Source: Enterobacteria phage vB_EcoM_IME340. Taken from it: a stretch of DNA of 64,000 bases. Position numbers and translations under genes: made by a program. The notes beneath the pieces were generated by a model. It saw only the letters and a list, made by a program, of their open reading frames with translations. It searched no databases and was not told the DNA's origin. Positions within the stretch are counted from its first letter, which is position 1; the number at the start of each line of letters is the position of its first letter. Below are positions 54,484-64,000 of the stretch, in pieces. The stretch lies in sequence record MH051916; one strand, 5' to 3'.

Positions 54484-55603
54484 TTTTAACCTTAACTGGG
54501 TCTATTGTTTCCAGTTTCGTTGCATTAGTGAACATATATAGATGAGTTACTGAATTATTATTGGATAATTCATGGATGACTTCATCAACGTAAAATTCTG
54601 TTTTAAATTGGTTTTTACTATCATTAAAAATAATTTTAACGCCAGGTGTCAAGTTAAAATTACCGACAGTAGAACATTTAGCATAGCCATCGTATTGCGC
54701 CATAGTTTGAAGACGAATAGCTTCTTCATATCCATTCCTATAAGTCATTTCAGAATAAGCACCTGACCTTGACACTACAATAGAGTTTTCGCCCTTTCCT
54801 GTAGTAATCATTGGCAATGAAGAATCTAAAAATGAATGAGCATAGATAGTAGCGTTTTTCATTGGGTCACGTTTGTGAGGATTCGATTTAGTCAACCAAA
54901 CGAAATCATATGCCAATGGATATTTTAATTCTTGGATGAATTGACCTATTAAAGATGGCTCACCGACAATCATTGGATACGGTTCTTGATTTATCATCAT
55001 ATCATAGTCCATCATGTTAACTCCCATGATGTCTTGCCATACAAATACAAATTTGTCACTTCCTACAGCTAGAGCAACTTCTCTGACATATGACAAATAG
55101 TTTTCAAATGTACTAGTCCACGGAATATCAGGAACATAAGCATTTATAGCATTTATTGCTGGAGTCAATAGCGTACGGTCTTGATAAATGACGCCAAGCA
55201 TTTCCTTTATAGATTCACCTGCATCAGGAAAAAACGGTCTGCCAAATTTAAGATTTTCTATAGAATGAATAGTTCCCAATTCAATAGCAATGATGTTATC
55301 ACCTTTTGAATCTACTGACACGGAAAAATGCTTACATCCATAAATTCTTGTTTTAACATTATTAATATCGTTTGCATTAGCTACAGAAATCTGAATTATT
55401 TCATTTCCATCCATTTTTGTATGGATGTTTTTAGAATCATAAAACTGCAGCATTCCTTCATTTCGGCCATAAAGAGAATCCCGCATAGTTAATGTGGTAA
55501 TAGTAGCAGCTAATTCAACAAATCTATTATTACTCCAAGCGTCGTAGCTATCAAATAATTTAACGCTGAGATTTGGATATCCTGGGCGTTGCAACATACT
55601 CAT
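54428..55603 (-). CDS. 27: baseplate hub subunit gp27
   Basis: 391 aa as in T4 gp27. Confidence 0.85.
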   Translation of the reverse strand: MSMLQRPGYPNLSVKLFDSYDAWSNNRFVELAATITTLTMRDSLYGRNEGMLQFYDSKNIHTKMDGNEIIQISVANANDINNVKTRIYGCKHFSVSVDSKGDNIIAIELGTIHSIENLKFGRPFFPDAGESIKEMLGVIYQDRTLLTPAINAINAYVPDIPWTSTFENYLSYVREVALAVGSDKFVFVWQDIMGVNMMDYDMMINQEPYPMIVGEPSLIGQFIQELKYPLAYDFVWLTKSNPHKRDPMKNATIYAHSFLDSSLPMITTGKGENSIVVSRSGAYSEMTYRNGYEEAIRLQTMAQYDGYAKCSTVGNFNLTPGVKIIFNDSKNQFKTEFYVDEVIHELSNNNSVTHLYMFTNATKLETIDPVKVKNEFKSDTTTEESSSSNKQ

Positions 55604-56352
55604 TATTGTTTATCCTTCTCAATCAGTTTTAATACGAATCCGCGCTCGGCAGGAATCATTTTCATTATTGAATTTAAGCTATAATTACTTTTTACGAGTG
55701 TGTGATTAATTTGATAAAAAGTAAATATTTCATCTGGGTTAACTAATAGCTTAAACACATCTACTATATCAGTGTATTTTTTTACATACTTATCACAGCA
55801 GGACATATGTAGCGTTAAATTAATAGGATTCATTGCATCGAGAATTTTTTCTAATGTTTCTATCTCGATGGCATCAACAAGTTCTATTTGGCTTGATTCA
55901 CTAATTTCCTTCCAATCATACCATGTTTCATCTACTTGAACAGAATGAATATTTTCAGTAATCATCTTTGCTTTATTTTCATAAAACTCAGAAGGAAACT
56001 TTAATTTAATTTTAACATTAGCTACATCAAAAACAGGTTCCTTTAATTCTTTTTGATATATTTCAAATGGAACTGTCTTTTCTTTTTTACATTTTGGACA
56101 TACAAATGTGACCGGTACTTTAGTTTTACCTATTGATCCTACAAATACCTGCAAAAATATAAATGGTTGCCAAGTCTTCGGATAGTCTCCAAAATAATCG
56201 GCAATTAAATCAGCAATTATTTCTTTTTGTTCTTGTGGTGACCGATGTTCTATATCGTTTCGAACTAACAAAAAATCTCGATAATCTTCTACCGTAAATG
56301 GTTTAAAACGATGAACACCATCTGGTAATTTACAACGAATAATGTTTGCCAT
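55603..56352 (-). CDS. 51: baseplate hub assembly catalyst gp51
   Basis: 249 aa as in T4 gp51. Confidence 0.75.
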   Translation of the reverse strand: MANIIRCKLPDGVHRFKPFTVEDYRDFLLVRNDIEHRSPQEQKEIIADLIADYFGDYPKTWQPFIFLQVFVGSIGKTKVPVTFVCPKCKKEKTVPFEIYQKELKEPVFDVANVKIKLKFPSEFYENKAKMITENIHSVQVDETWYDWKEISESSQIELVDAIEIETLEKILDAMNPINLTLHMSCCDKYVKKYTDIVDVFKLLVNPDEIFTFYQINHTLVKSNYSLNSIMKMIPAERGFVLKLIEKDKQ

Positions 56353-56369
56353 AGATGCTCCTTTTATTC

Positions 56370-56381
56370 TATTTATAAATA
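56370..56381. promoter_or_regulatory. divergent overlapping late promoters (TATTTATAAATA) for 51 operon (-) and gene 26 (+)
   Basis: TATAAATA readable on both strands within a 12-nt palindrome. Confidence 0.6.
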
Positions 56382-56402
56382 TGATAAATAAAGGAGCTAA
56401 AT

Positions 56403-57029
56403 ATGTATGAATACAAATTTGACGTGAGAGTTGGTTCTAAAATAATCAACTGTCGTGCATTTACTCTTAAAGAATATCTAGAACTTATTACTGCTAAAAA
56501 GAACGGTTCAGTCGAAGAAATTGTTAAAAAGCTAATTAAAGACTGTACAAACGCAAAAGATTTAAACCGCCAAGAATCAGAACTATTGTTGATTCATTTA
56601 TGGGCGCATTCTCTTGGAGAAGTTAATCATGAAAACTCCTGGAAGTGCACCTGTGGAACTGAAATACCAACCCATATAAATCTATTACATACACAAATAG
56701 ATGCACCAGAAGACCTCTGGTATACACTGGGTGACATTAAAATTAAGTTCCATTACCCTAAAATTTTTGATGATAAAAATATAGCCCACATGATAGTATC
56801 ATGCATAGAAACGATTCATGCTAACGGGGAAAGCATTCCAGTTGAAGACTTAAATGAAAAGGAACTGGAAGATTTATATTCTATCATCACAGAGTCAGAT
56901 ATTGTAGCTATAAAAGATATGCTTTTAAAGCCTACTGTTTATTTGGCTGTTCCAATTAAGTGCCCAGAGTGTGGAAAAACTCATGCTCATGTAATAAGAG
57001 GACTCAAAGAATTCTTTGAGCTATTGTAA
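56403..57029 (+). CDS. 26: baseplate hub subunit gp26
   Basis: 208 aa as in T4 gp26. Confidence 0.75.
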   Translation: MYEYKFDVRVGSKIINCRAFTLKEYLELITAKKNGSVEEIVKKLIKDCTNAKDLNRQESELLLIHLWAHSLGEVNHENSWKCTCGTEIPTHINLLHTQIDAPEDLWYTLGDIKIKFHYPKIFDDKNIAHMIVSCIETIHANGESIPVEDLNEKELEDLYSIITESDIVAIKDMLLKPTVYLAVPIKCPECGKTHAHVIRGLKEFFELL

Positions 57030-57427
57030 TGGCAAATATTAATAAGCTTTATTCTGACATTGACCCAGAAATGAAAATGGATTGGGACAAAGACGTTTCC
57101 AGATCTCTTGGATTAAGGTCAATTAAAAATAGCCTTTTAGGAATTATTACAACCAGAAAAGGGTCGAGACCTTTTGACCCAGAATTTGGATGCGATTTAT
57201 CTGATCAGCTTTTTGAGAATATGACTCCTCTTACTGCTGATACAGTTGAGCGTAACATCGAAAGCGCAGTAAGAAACTATGAGCCGCGTATTGATAAATT
57301 AGCAGTTAATGTAATACCAGTTTATGATGATTATACTCTTATAGTAGAAATACGCTTTTCTGTCATCGATAACCCTGATGATATTGAGCAGATAAAACTG
57401 CAATTGGCTTCCAGTAATAGAGTATAA
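57029..57427 (+). CDS. 25: baseplate wedge / sheath initiator gp25
   Basis: 132 aa as in T4 gp25. Confidence 0.85.
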   Translation: MANINKLYSDIDPEMKMDWDKDVSRSLGLRSIKNSLLGIITTRKGSRPFDPEFGCDLSDQLFENMTPLTADTVERNIESAVRNYEPRIDKLAVNVIPVYDDYTLIVEIRFSVIDNPDDIEQIKLQLASSNRV

Positions 57428-57493
57428 TGCTTCACGTATAAACGTGGTATAATGAATCTAAGTCCATCCAATAACAATTGAATAGAGAACAAT

Positions 57494-57907
57494 ATGAAAT
57501 TAGAAGATCTTCAAGAAGAATTGAAGAAAGATGTGTTTATAGATTCGACTAAATTACAGTATGAAGCAGCTAATAATGTGATGTTATATAGTAAATGGCT
57601 TAATAAGCATTCAAGTATTAAAAAGGAAATGCTTAGAATTGATGCACAGAAAAAAGTTGCTCTTAAAGCTAAATTAGACTACTACTCGGGACGAGGAGAT
57701 GGTGATGAATTTAGTATGGATCGTTACGAGAAATCAGAAATGAAGACAGTTCTATCAGCTGATAAGGATGTTTTAAAAGTTGATACTTCATTACAATATT
57801 GGGGAATTTTATTAGATTTCTGTGGCGGAGCTCTTGATGCTATTAAATCACGTGGATTTGCTATTAAGCATATTCAAGACATGCGAGCATTTGAGGCTGG
57901 AAAATAA
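57494..57907 (+). CDS. uvsY: recombination mediator UvsY
   Basis: 137 aa as in T4 UvsY. Confidence 0.88.
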   Translation: MKLEDLQEELKKDVFIDSTKLQYEAANNVMLYSKWLNKHSSIKKEMLRIDAQKKVALKAKLDYYSGRGDGDEFSMDRYEKSEMKTVLSADKDVLKVDTSLQYWGILLDFCGGALDAIKSRGFAIKHIQDMRAFEAGK

Positions 57908-58131
57908 TGAAATATAGCATTGATGATGCTTTTAATTATGAAGAAGAATTCGAAACGGAAATTCAATTCTTAATGAAAAAGTATAATCTCAAGCGTCAGG
58001 ATATTCGTATCCTGGCCGACCACCCATGCGGTGAAGATGTACTTTATGTTAAAGGAAAATTTGCCGGATATCTTGATGAATATTTTTATTCTAAAGATAT
58101 GGGCATTGATATGCATATGAGAGTTATATAA
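57907..58131 (+). CDS. hypothetical protein (uvsY.-1 position)
   Basis: 74-aa coupled ORF. Confidence 0.4.
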   Translation: MKYSIDDAFNYEEEFETEIQFLMKKYNLKRQDIRILADHPCGEDVLYVKGKFAGYLDEYFYSKDMGIDMHMRVI

Positions 58132-58159
58132 ATAGATATATAATTTAGAGGAGACAATC

Positions 58160-58327
58160 ATGTCAGATAAGATTTGTGTTGTCTGTAAAACTCCAATCGA
58201 TTCTGCATTGGTTGTTGAAACAGACAAAGGTCCTGTACATCCTGGGCCTTGCTATAATTACATTAAAGAACTACCAGTTTCAGAAAGTTCTGAAGAACAA
58301 TTAAATGAAACACAACTTTTGCTATAG
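58160..58327 (+). CDS. small Cys-containing hypothetical protein
   Basis: 55-aa ORF with GAGGAGA SD; CVVC...PGPC. Confidence 0.3.
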   Translation: MSDKICVVCKTPIDSALVVETDKGPVHPGPCYNYIKELPVSESSEEQLNETQLLL

Positions 58328-58350
58328 TGTGACCTTTAGTCTATAGTTTT

Positions 58351-58380
58351 GGCCCTTCCTTTTTGGTTGGGCCTTTTTTA
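58351..58380 (+). terminator. terminator hairpin with T-run
   Basis: GGCCC...GGGCC stem followed by TTTTTTAATTT. Confidence 0.5.
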
Positions 58381-58382
58381 AT

Positions 58383-58625
58383 TTAAAAGCTTTCTTCTAC
58401 TTCATCGTCTGAATCTTCTAATTCAGCTCTTTTTCCTGCCAAAGCATCTCTCACAGAGATGTCATCAGTATCTTTTAATTCAGTTTCTTTAACTCTTTTC
58501 TTATAATAAGCTTCAAGTTCTTCTAGACCTTCTAATGTTTGGCATGATGCAATTTTACCCATAAATTCATCAATAGAAGCTTCATAAAGAAATTGTTTAA
58601 ATTCTAGTAACATCTTTTTCTCCAA
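58383..58625 (-). CDS. acidic small protein downstream of uvsW (uvsW.1-like)
   Basis: 80-aa ORF directly after uvsW on - strand. Confidence 0.5.
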   Translation of the reverse strand: MEKKMLLEFKQFLYEASIDEFMGKIASCQTLEGLEELEAYYKKRVKETELKDTDDISVRDALAGKRAELEDSDDEVEESF

Positions 58626-58638
58626 AGGGCCGAAGCCC

Positions 58639-60150
58639 TTATAAATTAACTGTTTTCATTACGTAATTAAATTTTTCATCTGCGTAGCGCTGAATACGAT
58701 CAATGCCGTGTTTTAAAAGATAGTTCAAATGAACGTATTTCTTTTTCGTATTAGCAGATTTTGGCTTAACACCGCAATCATCTATGAGGTCCCAGACCGT
58801 TGCGATTGTTTTAGAACCATGCTTACGTAATACGCGACCTATTGTTTGCAATACAATAATTTTAGATTTAACACCGTGCGCTAAAACAACGTGATGCAGA
58901 TTTTTAACTGAAATACCAGTAGAAAATACACCATAACTAGCTACTATAATTATTCCTTTACCGTTTTCAGCTAAGGTTTTCATTACATTGCGTGTTTCAG
59001 TATCAACTTCCCCTGATACGTAATAAACTTTATCGTATTCATTTTTAATTAAATCGAAAATAGCTTTACCATGTGATACATGCTTAAACATGACAAAAGC
59101 GTTTTCATCTTTTTGCGCAAGCTTAATAGCTAATTTAGCGATCCATTTATTTCTTTTACTGAGCCCAGTAATAATTTTTATTTCTTCTTGGTAAGTTTTT
59201 CCCTTTAATTTAGTAGTGAACTCATCGGGATAGCGAAGAAAAATACTATTAATTTTTAGCTCAGTTACTTGTCCATCTTCCATTAATTTAGAAGTCGTTA
59301 CTGGCTTAAATATTTCACCAAACATTCCAACATACTGCATGATATTAGCTTTGCCATCACGTAATGAACCCGATAGACCAAATTTGAACATGCAGTTATT
59401 TAAACCTGATATGATAGATGAAATACTTTTTCCTGTGGCAAGATGGCATTCATCATTCATCATCATTCCAAACTGTGAGAACCATTCTTTTGGTTGTTTT
59501 ACTACAGTTTGCCATGTACCAACAATTACCGGTGCATCATTTTTATATTTATCATCTTTTGATGCTCCGCCGCCAATTTTCTTTATCATTGCATGACTGA
59601 ATAAACGATAGTCAACAAAGTCATCAGCCATCTGAGTTGTCAGAGCAGTTGTTGGAACAATGATAAGAATTTTACCTTCATAATTTTCCAAATAATAACG
59701 TGCAAGCAAAGCTTGAATTAAGGATTTACCTGCGGATGTTGGAAGATTAAGAATTCTACGACGATTAACTAATCCTTCGAACACTGCATCTTTTTGATAC
59801 CAGTGTGGTTCAATTCTTTTATTTCCTGAATAGATTTCTAACTTAGAAAGCCATTCATCAAAATCTTTTCTTGATAATTCTTCTTTTTCGTTAATTTGCG
59901 GGTCAATCCAAGCTTTATAGCCAAAGTTATCGCAGAACTTTTTAATTTGCCCGACTAAGCCGAATGGAAGAAGACGATTATAATCTAAAAGACGGATTCG
60001 TCCATCCCAGTGACCATATTTGTATTTCGGATTAAAACGATACCCATCAGCTTCAAAGCTAAAGAAATCACGGAGTTCATGAAATGTACTTTCTTCACAA
60101 TCAATTCTCACGTGACTAAAATCATAAAAATGTACTTTAATGTCAGTCAT
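58639..60150 (-). CDS. uvsW: SF2 DNA/RNA helicase UvsW
   Basis: 503 aa; Walker A PTSAGKS, DECH box. Confidence 0.9.
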   Translation of the reverse strand: MTDIKVHFYDFSHVRIDCEESTFHELRDFFSFEADGYRFNPKYKYGHWDGRIRLLDYNRLLPFGLVGQIKKFCDNFGYKAWIDPQINEKEELSRKDFDEWLSKLEIYSGNKRIEPHWYQKDAVFEGLVNRRRILNLPTSAGKSLIQALLARYYLENYEGKILIIVPTTALTTQMADDFVDYRLFSHAMIKKIGGGASKDDKYKNDAPVIVGTWQTVVKQPKEWFSQFGMMMNDECHLATGKSISSIISGLNNCMFKFGLSGSLRDGKANIMQYVGMFGEIFKPVTTSKLMEDGQVTELKINSIFLRYPDEFTTKLKGKTYQEEIKIITGLSKRNKWIAKLAIKLAQKDENAFVMFKHVSHGKAIFDLIKNEYDKVYYVSGEVDTETRNVMKTLAENGKGIIIVASYGVFSTGISVKNLHHVVLAHGVKSKIIVLQTIGRVLRKHGSKTIATVWDLIDDCGVKPKSANTKKKYVHLNYLLKHGIDRIQRYADEKFNYVMKTVNL

Positions 60151-60179
60151 GTCTAAATACCATGTAATAAATATATCTA

Positions 60180-60187
60180 TATTTATA
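60180..60187 (-). promoter_or_regulatory. late promoter (TATAAATA) for uvsW
   Basis: + strand TATTTATA ~30 nt upstream of uvsW start. Confidence 0.55.
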
Positions 60188-60200
60188 CTGAGGAAATATT

Positions 60201-60881
60201 ATGATAGATAAAGATTATATTGCAGAGCTGAAGGCTCTTGATGATAATAAAGAAGCTAAAGCTAAATTAGCTGAATATGCTGAACAGTTTGGTATAAAGG
60301 TCAAAAAGAATAAATCTTTTGATAATATCGTTGTTGATATTGAAGAAGCCCTCCAGAAGCTCGCTAGTGAACCTATGCCAGAGACTGATGGGTTATCTAT
60401 TAAAGACTTAATCAATGCTGCTGATGCTGCAGAGGGATTAAAATATGACGATGAAGAAGTCAATCCAGAGGCAGCACTTCTGATTGATTCTCCGGTTAAA
60501 TCTGATATTAAAATTGAAGTAGTCGAAACGGATAAAATTCCTGAAAATACCGATGTTTTGATTGAAGATACTCCTTTTGTTGAAGAAAAATTCGAACAGG
60601 CTGTAGCTGAGATTATTGAATCTGAAAAGCCGTCTGTATTTACTCTTCCGGAAAACTTTAGTCCGAATCTTCAGCTGATTGGAAAAAATCCAGGATTCTG
60701 CACTGTTCCTTGGTGGATTTACCAGTGGATTGCTGAAACTCCGGATTGGAAATCTCACCCAACTAGTTTTGAACACGCGTCGGCACATCAAACTTTATTT
60801 AGCTTAATTTACTACATTAACCGTGACGGATCAGTTCTAATTCGTGAAACACGCAACTCTTCTTTCGTAACATTAAAATAA
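60201..60881 (+). CDS. inh: acidic protein at inh position (prohead protease inhibitor)
   Basis: 226 aa, position between uvsW and hoc as T4 inh. Confidence 0.6.
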   Translation: MIDKDYIAELKALDDNKEAKAKLAEYAEQFGIKVKKNKSFDNIVVDIEEALQKLASEPMPETDGLSIKDLINAADAAEGLKYDDEEVNPEAALLIDSPVKSDIKIEVVETDKIPENTDVLIEDTPFVEEKFEQAVAEIIESEKPSVFTLPENFSPNLQLIGKNPGFCTVPWWIYQWIAETPDWKSHPTSFEHASAHQTLFSLIYYINRDGSVLIRETRNSSFVTLK

Positions 60882-60890
60882 GGATAACTT

Positions 60891-62309
60891 ATGGCTTTTA
60901 CAGTTGATATAACTCCTAAAACACCTACTGGAGTTATAGATCAGACTCAGCAGTTTACTGCTACACCCAGTGGTCAAACTGGAGATGGACCTATTACATA
61001 TGCTTGGACTGTAGATGATGTTCCACAGGAAGAAACATCTGCAACTTTTAGTTATGTACTAAAAGGACCTGCTGGTCAAAAAACTATTAAAGTAGTTGCA
61101 ACAAACCCAGTTCCAGATACTGATGCTGAAACAGCTGAAATTAGTACAACTATCACAGTTCAAAATAAGACACAGACAACTACCTTAGCTGTAACTCCTA
61201 ATAGTCCTCCAGAAGGAGTAATCGGAACAGCCGTTGAATTTACTGCTGCCTTAGCTTCACAGCCATCGGGCGCATCTGCTACGTATCAATGGTACGTTGA
61301 CGGTTCTCCTGTGAGCGAAGCAACTTCTGCTACATTCAATTATACTCCTACTACAAGCGGAGTTAAAAAAATTAAGTGTGTAGCTCAAGTAACTGCGACA
61401 GATTATGATGCATTGAGCGTTACTTCCAATGAAGTATCATTAACGGTTAATAAAAAGACGCAGACAACTACCTTGGCAGTAACTCCTGCTAGTCCTGCTG
61501 CTGGAGTAATTGGAACCCCGGTTCAATTTACTGCTGCCTTAGCTTCTCAACCTGATGGAGCGTCTGCCACGTATCAGTGGTATGTAGATGATTCACAAGT
61601 TGGTGGAGAAACTAACTCTACATTTAGCTATACTCCAACTACAAGTGGAGTAAAAAGAATTAAATGCGTAGCCCAAGTAACTGCAGAAAATTACAATGAA
61701 AAGGAAGTTACTTCTAATGAAGTATCATTAACGGTTAATAAGAAGACAATGAATCCACAGGTTACATTGACTCCTCCTTCTATTAATGTTCAGCAAGACG
61801 CTTCGGCTACATTTACCGCTAATGTCACTGATGCTCCAGAAGAAGCACAAATTGCGTATTCATGGAAGAAAGATTCTTCTCCTGTAGAAGGGTCAACTAA
61901 TGTATATACCGTTGATACCTCATCTATTGGAAGCCAAACTATTGAAGTTACTGCAACTGTTACTGCTGCTGATTATGATAGCAAAACTATTACGGTAGAA
62001 GGTCAAGTTCAGGTAACTGATAAAGTTGCTCCAGAACCAGAAGGTGAATTACCTTATGTTCATCCTCTTCCACATCGTACTTCAGCTTACATCTGGTGCG
62101 GTTGGTGGGTTATGGATGAAATCCAAAAAATGACTGAAGAAGGTAAAGATTGGAAAACTGAAGATCCAGATAGTAAATACTACCTGCATCGTTACACTCT
62201 TCAGAAGATGATGAAAGACTATCCAGAAGTTGATGTCCAAGAATCGCGTAATGGATACATCATTCATAAAACTGCTTTAGAAACTGGTATCATCTATACC
62301 TATCCATAA
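60891..62309 (+). CDS. hoc: Hoc outer capsid decoration protein with an extra tandem Ig-like domain
   Basis: 472 aa (T4 Hoc 376 as I recall); tandem ~96-aa Ig-like repeats; conserved capsid-binding C-terminus. Confidence 0.85.
   Translation: MAFTVDITPKTPTGVIDQTQQFTATPSGQTGDGPITYAWTVDDVPQEETSATFSYVLKGPAGQKTIKVVATNPVPDTDAETAEISTTITVQNKTQTTTLAVTPNSPPEGVIGTAVEFTAALASQPSGASATYQWYVDGSPVSEATSATFNYTPTTSGVKKIKCVAQVTATDYDALSVTSNEVSLTVNKKTQTTTLAVTPASPAAGVIGTPVQFTAALASQPDGASATYQWYVDDSQVGGETNSTFSYTPTTSGVKRIKCVAQVTAENYNEKEVTSNEVSLTVNKKTMNPQVTLTPPSINVQQDASATFTANVTDAPEEAQIAYSWKKDSSPVEGSTNVYTVDTSSIGSQTIEVTATVTAADYDSKTITVEGQVQVTDKVAPEPEGELPYVHPLPHRTSAYIWCGWWVMDEIQKMTEEGKDWKTEDPDSKYYLHRYTLQKMMKDYPEVDVQESRNGYIIHKTALETGIIYTYP
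61164..61736 (+). repeat. tandem direct repeat (2 x ~285-288 bp) inside hoc
   Basis: units starting AATAAGACACAGACAACTACCTTAGC (61164) and AATAAAAAGACGCAGACAACTACCTTGGC (61449) are highly similar. Confidence 0.85.
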
Positions 62310-62314
62310 TCATA

Positions 62315-62341
62315 AGGGGCTTCGGCCCCTTTCTTCATTTT
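62315..62341 (+). terminator. intrinsic terminator after hoc
   Basis: AGGGGC-TTCG-GCCCCT then TTCTTCATTTT. Confidence 0.6.
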
Positions 62342-62398
62342 GAAAGCACACAAAACATAATCAGAAAATGATGTATATAATGGCACCAACTCGATAAC

Positions 62399-62614
62399 AT
62401 GAGATTGATTATGAGAACTGAGGTTGTGGTGTTTACTCTTCATGAGTCTGGAAAGTCATTCATTGAAATTGCTCGTGAATTAAACTTACAGGCAAAAGAA
62501 GTGGCTGTATTATGGGCTCGAGCTATGACTGCTAAGAATAAATTTGAAACTCGAGAAAAAGTTGTCTATAGAAAAAGACATATCAATAAAAAGGTGAAAA
62601 ATGGAACAGTATGA
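62399..62614 (+). CDS. hypothetical protein (24.x position)
   Basis: 71-aa ORF. Confidence 0.4.
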   Translation: MRLIMRTEVVVFTLHESGKSFIEIARELNLQAKEVAVLWARAMTAKNKFETREKVVYRKRHINKKVKNGTV

Positions 62615-62879
62615 TCTTTATGAAAATGAATCTTTTGCTAATCAATTACGCGAAAAAGCATTCAAAAGTAAACAGTTTAAGCTAGAGTGTTTTATTAAAG
62701 ATTTTTCGGAACTTGCTAATAAAGCAGCTGAACAAGGTAAAACATATTTTAGTTATTATTGTACTGCTCGCGATAAATTGATTACAGAAGAAATTGGTGA
62801 TTGGCTGAGAAAAGAAGGATTCAGCTTTAAAGTCAATAGTGATCAGCGTGATGGTGATTGGTTAGAAATTACATTTTGA
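62601..62879 (+). CDS. hypothetical protein (24.x position)
   Basis: 92-aa ORF. Confidence 0.4.
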   Translation: MEQYDLYENESFANQLREKAFKSKQFKLECFIKDFSELANKAAEQGKTYFSYYCTARDKLITEEIGDWLRKEGFSFKVNSDQRDGDWLEITF

Positions 62880-62888
62880 GGATTAATT

Positions 62889-63896
62889 ATGTTTAAAAAG
62901 TATAGCAGTCTTGAAAATCATTACAACTCTAAATTTATTGAAAAACTTTATAGCTTGGGATTGATTGGCGGCGAATGGGTAGCTCGTGAAAAGATTCACG
63001 GCACAAATTTCTCGTTGATTATTGAGCGTGATAAAGTGACTTGCGCTAAACGCACTGGTCCTATTCTTCCAGCAGAAGATTTTTATGGCTATGAAATAGT
63101 ACTCAAAAAGTATGATAAAGCTATTAAAGGCGTTCAAGAAGTCATGGACAGTATTTCAACTTCAGTGCCGGTGACATATCAAGTCTTTGGTGAATTCGCT
63201 GGTGGTGGAATTCAGAAAGGTGTTGACTACGGTGAAAAAGATTTCTATGTATTCGATATCATCATAAACACGGAAAGCGGTGATACTTATTACATGAGTG
63301 ATTACGAAATGCAAGATTTCTGTAATACGTTTGGTTTTAAAATGGCACCAATGCTTGGACGTGGAACATTTGATGCTCTTATCATGATTCCAAACGACCT
63401 TGATTCCGTCTTAGCCGCTTATAACGTTACGGCATCGGAAGACCTTGTCGAAGCAAATAATTGTGTATTTGATGCTAATGTTATTGGTGATAATACTGCA
63501 GAAGGTTATGTTCTGAAGCCTTGTTTCCCTAAATGGCTGCCAAACGGTGCTCGTGTAGCGATTAAATGCAAGAACTCTAAATTTAGTGAAAAGAAAAAGT
63601 CTGATAAGCCTATTAAAGCTAAAGTTGAACTATCAGAAGCTGATAACAAATTGGTTGGAATTTTAGCTTGTTACGTTACACTAAACCGCGTAAATAACGT
63701 TATTTCTAAAATTGGCGAAATTGGTCCAAAGGATTTTGGAAAGGTGATGGGGCTAACTGTTCAAGATATTTTGGAAGAAACTTCTCGTGAAGGTATTACT
63801 CTAACTCAAGCAGATAATCCTTCTTTGATTAAAAAGGAATTAGTTAAAATGGTACAAGATGTACTTCGTCCAGCTTGGATTGAGTTGGTGAGCTAA
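62889..63896 (+). CDS. rnlB: RNA ligase 2
   Basis: 335 aa; adenylyltransferase motif EKIHGTN. Confidence 0.9.
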   Translation: MFKKYSSLENHYNSKFIEKLYSLGLIGGEWVAREKIHGTNFSLIIERDKVTCAKRTGPILPAEDFYGYEIVLKKYDKAIKGVQEVMDSISTSVPVTYQVFGEFAGGGIQKGVDYGEKDFYVFDIIINTESGDTYYMSDYEMQDFCNTFGFKMAPMLGRGTFDALIMIPNDLDSVLAAYNVTASEDLVEANNCVFDANVIGDNTAEGYVLKPCFPKWLPNGARVAIKCKNSKFSEKKKSDKPIKAKVELSEADNKLVGILACYVTLNRVNNVISKIGEIGPKDFGKVMGLTVQDILEETSREGITLTQADNPSLIKKELVKMVQDVLRPAWIELVS

Positions 63897-63900
63897 ATAA

Positions 63901-63930
63901 AAAGGGACCTTTCGGTCCCTTTGTTTTATT
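63901..63930 (+). terminator. intrinsic terminator after rnlB
   Basis: AAAGGGACC-TTTC-GGTCCCTTT then GTTTTATT. Confidence 0.65.
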
Positions 63931-64000
63931 CATCAATAATAATTTTTGGTAATTTAACACCTAATAAAACAGACAAATCTGAACGACCCGCCATTTTATC

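Overview
This window is a contiguous segment of a T-even (T4-like, Tequatrovirus-type) lytic phage genome, read as the reverse complement of the conventional T4 map. On the + strand it runs rIIA.1-rIIA-rIIB-denB-ndd-stp-ac-52-motA-(arn region)-asiA; the convergent late block t-38-37-36-35-34 is on the - strand; then rnh-dsbA-33-59-32-frd-td (group I intron with I-TevI)-nrdA-nrdB-denA-rnlA-alc-spanins-pseT-cd-31-rIII-30.x-30 (ligase)-alt (two copies) on +; baseplate hub genes 54-48-29-28-27-51 on -; and 26-25-uvsY (+), uvsW (-), inh-hoc-rnlB (+). Gene lengths match T4 almost everywhere. Differences I can see from the sequence: a T2-type gp38 adhesin and gp37 tip, an intronless nrdB, no free-standing homing-endonuclease ORFs at the T4 mobE/segG/segE positions, an extra ORF between frd and td, two tandem alt-family ADP-ribosyltransferase genes, and a Hoc with a tandemly duplicated Ig-like domain. 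I found no tRNA, CRISPR array, integrase or bacterial defence island. I did not find a clearly novel multi-gene system; the most plausible places for undescribed biology are the inserts and small uncharacterised ORF clusters listed in the findings. All identifications rest on recalled T4 proteins, synteny and motif reading, not on database searches.
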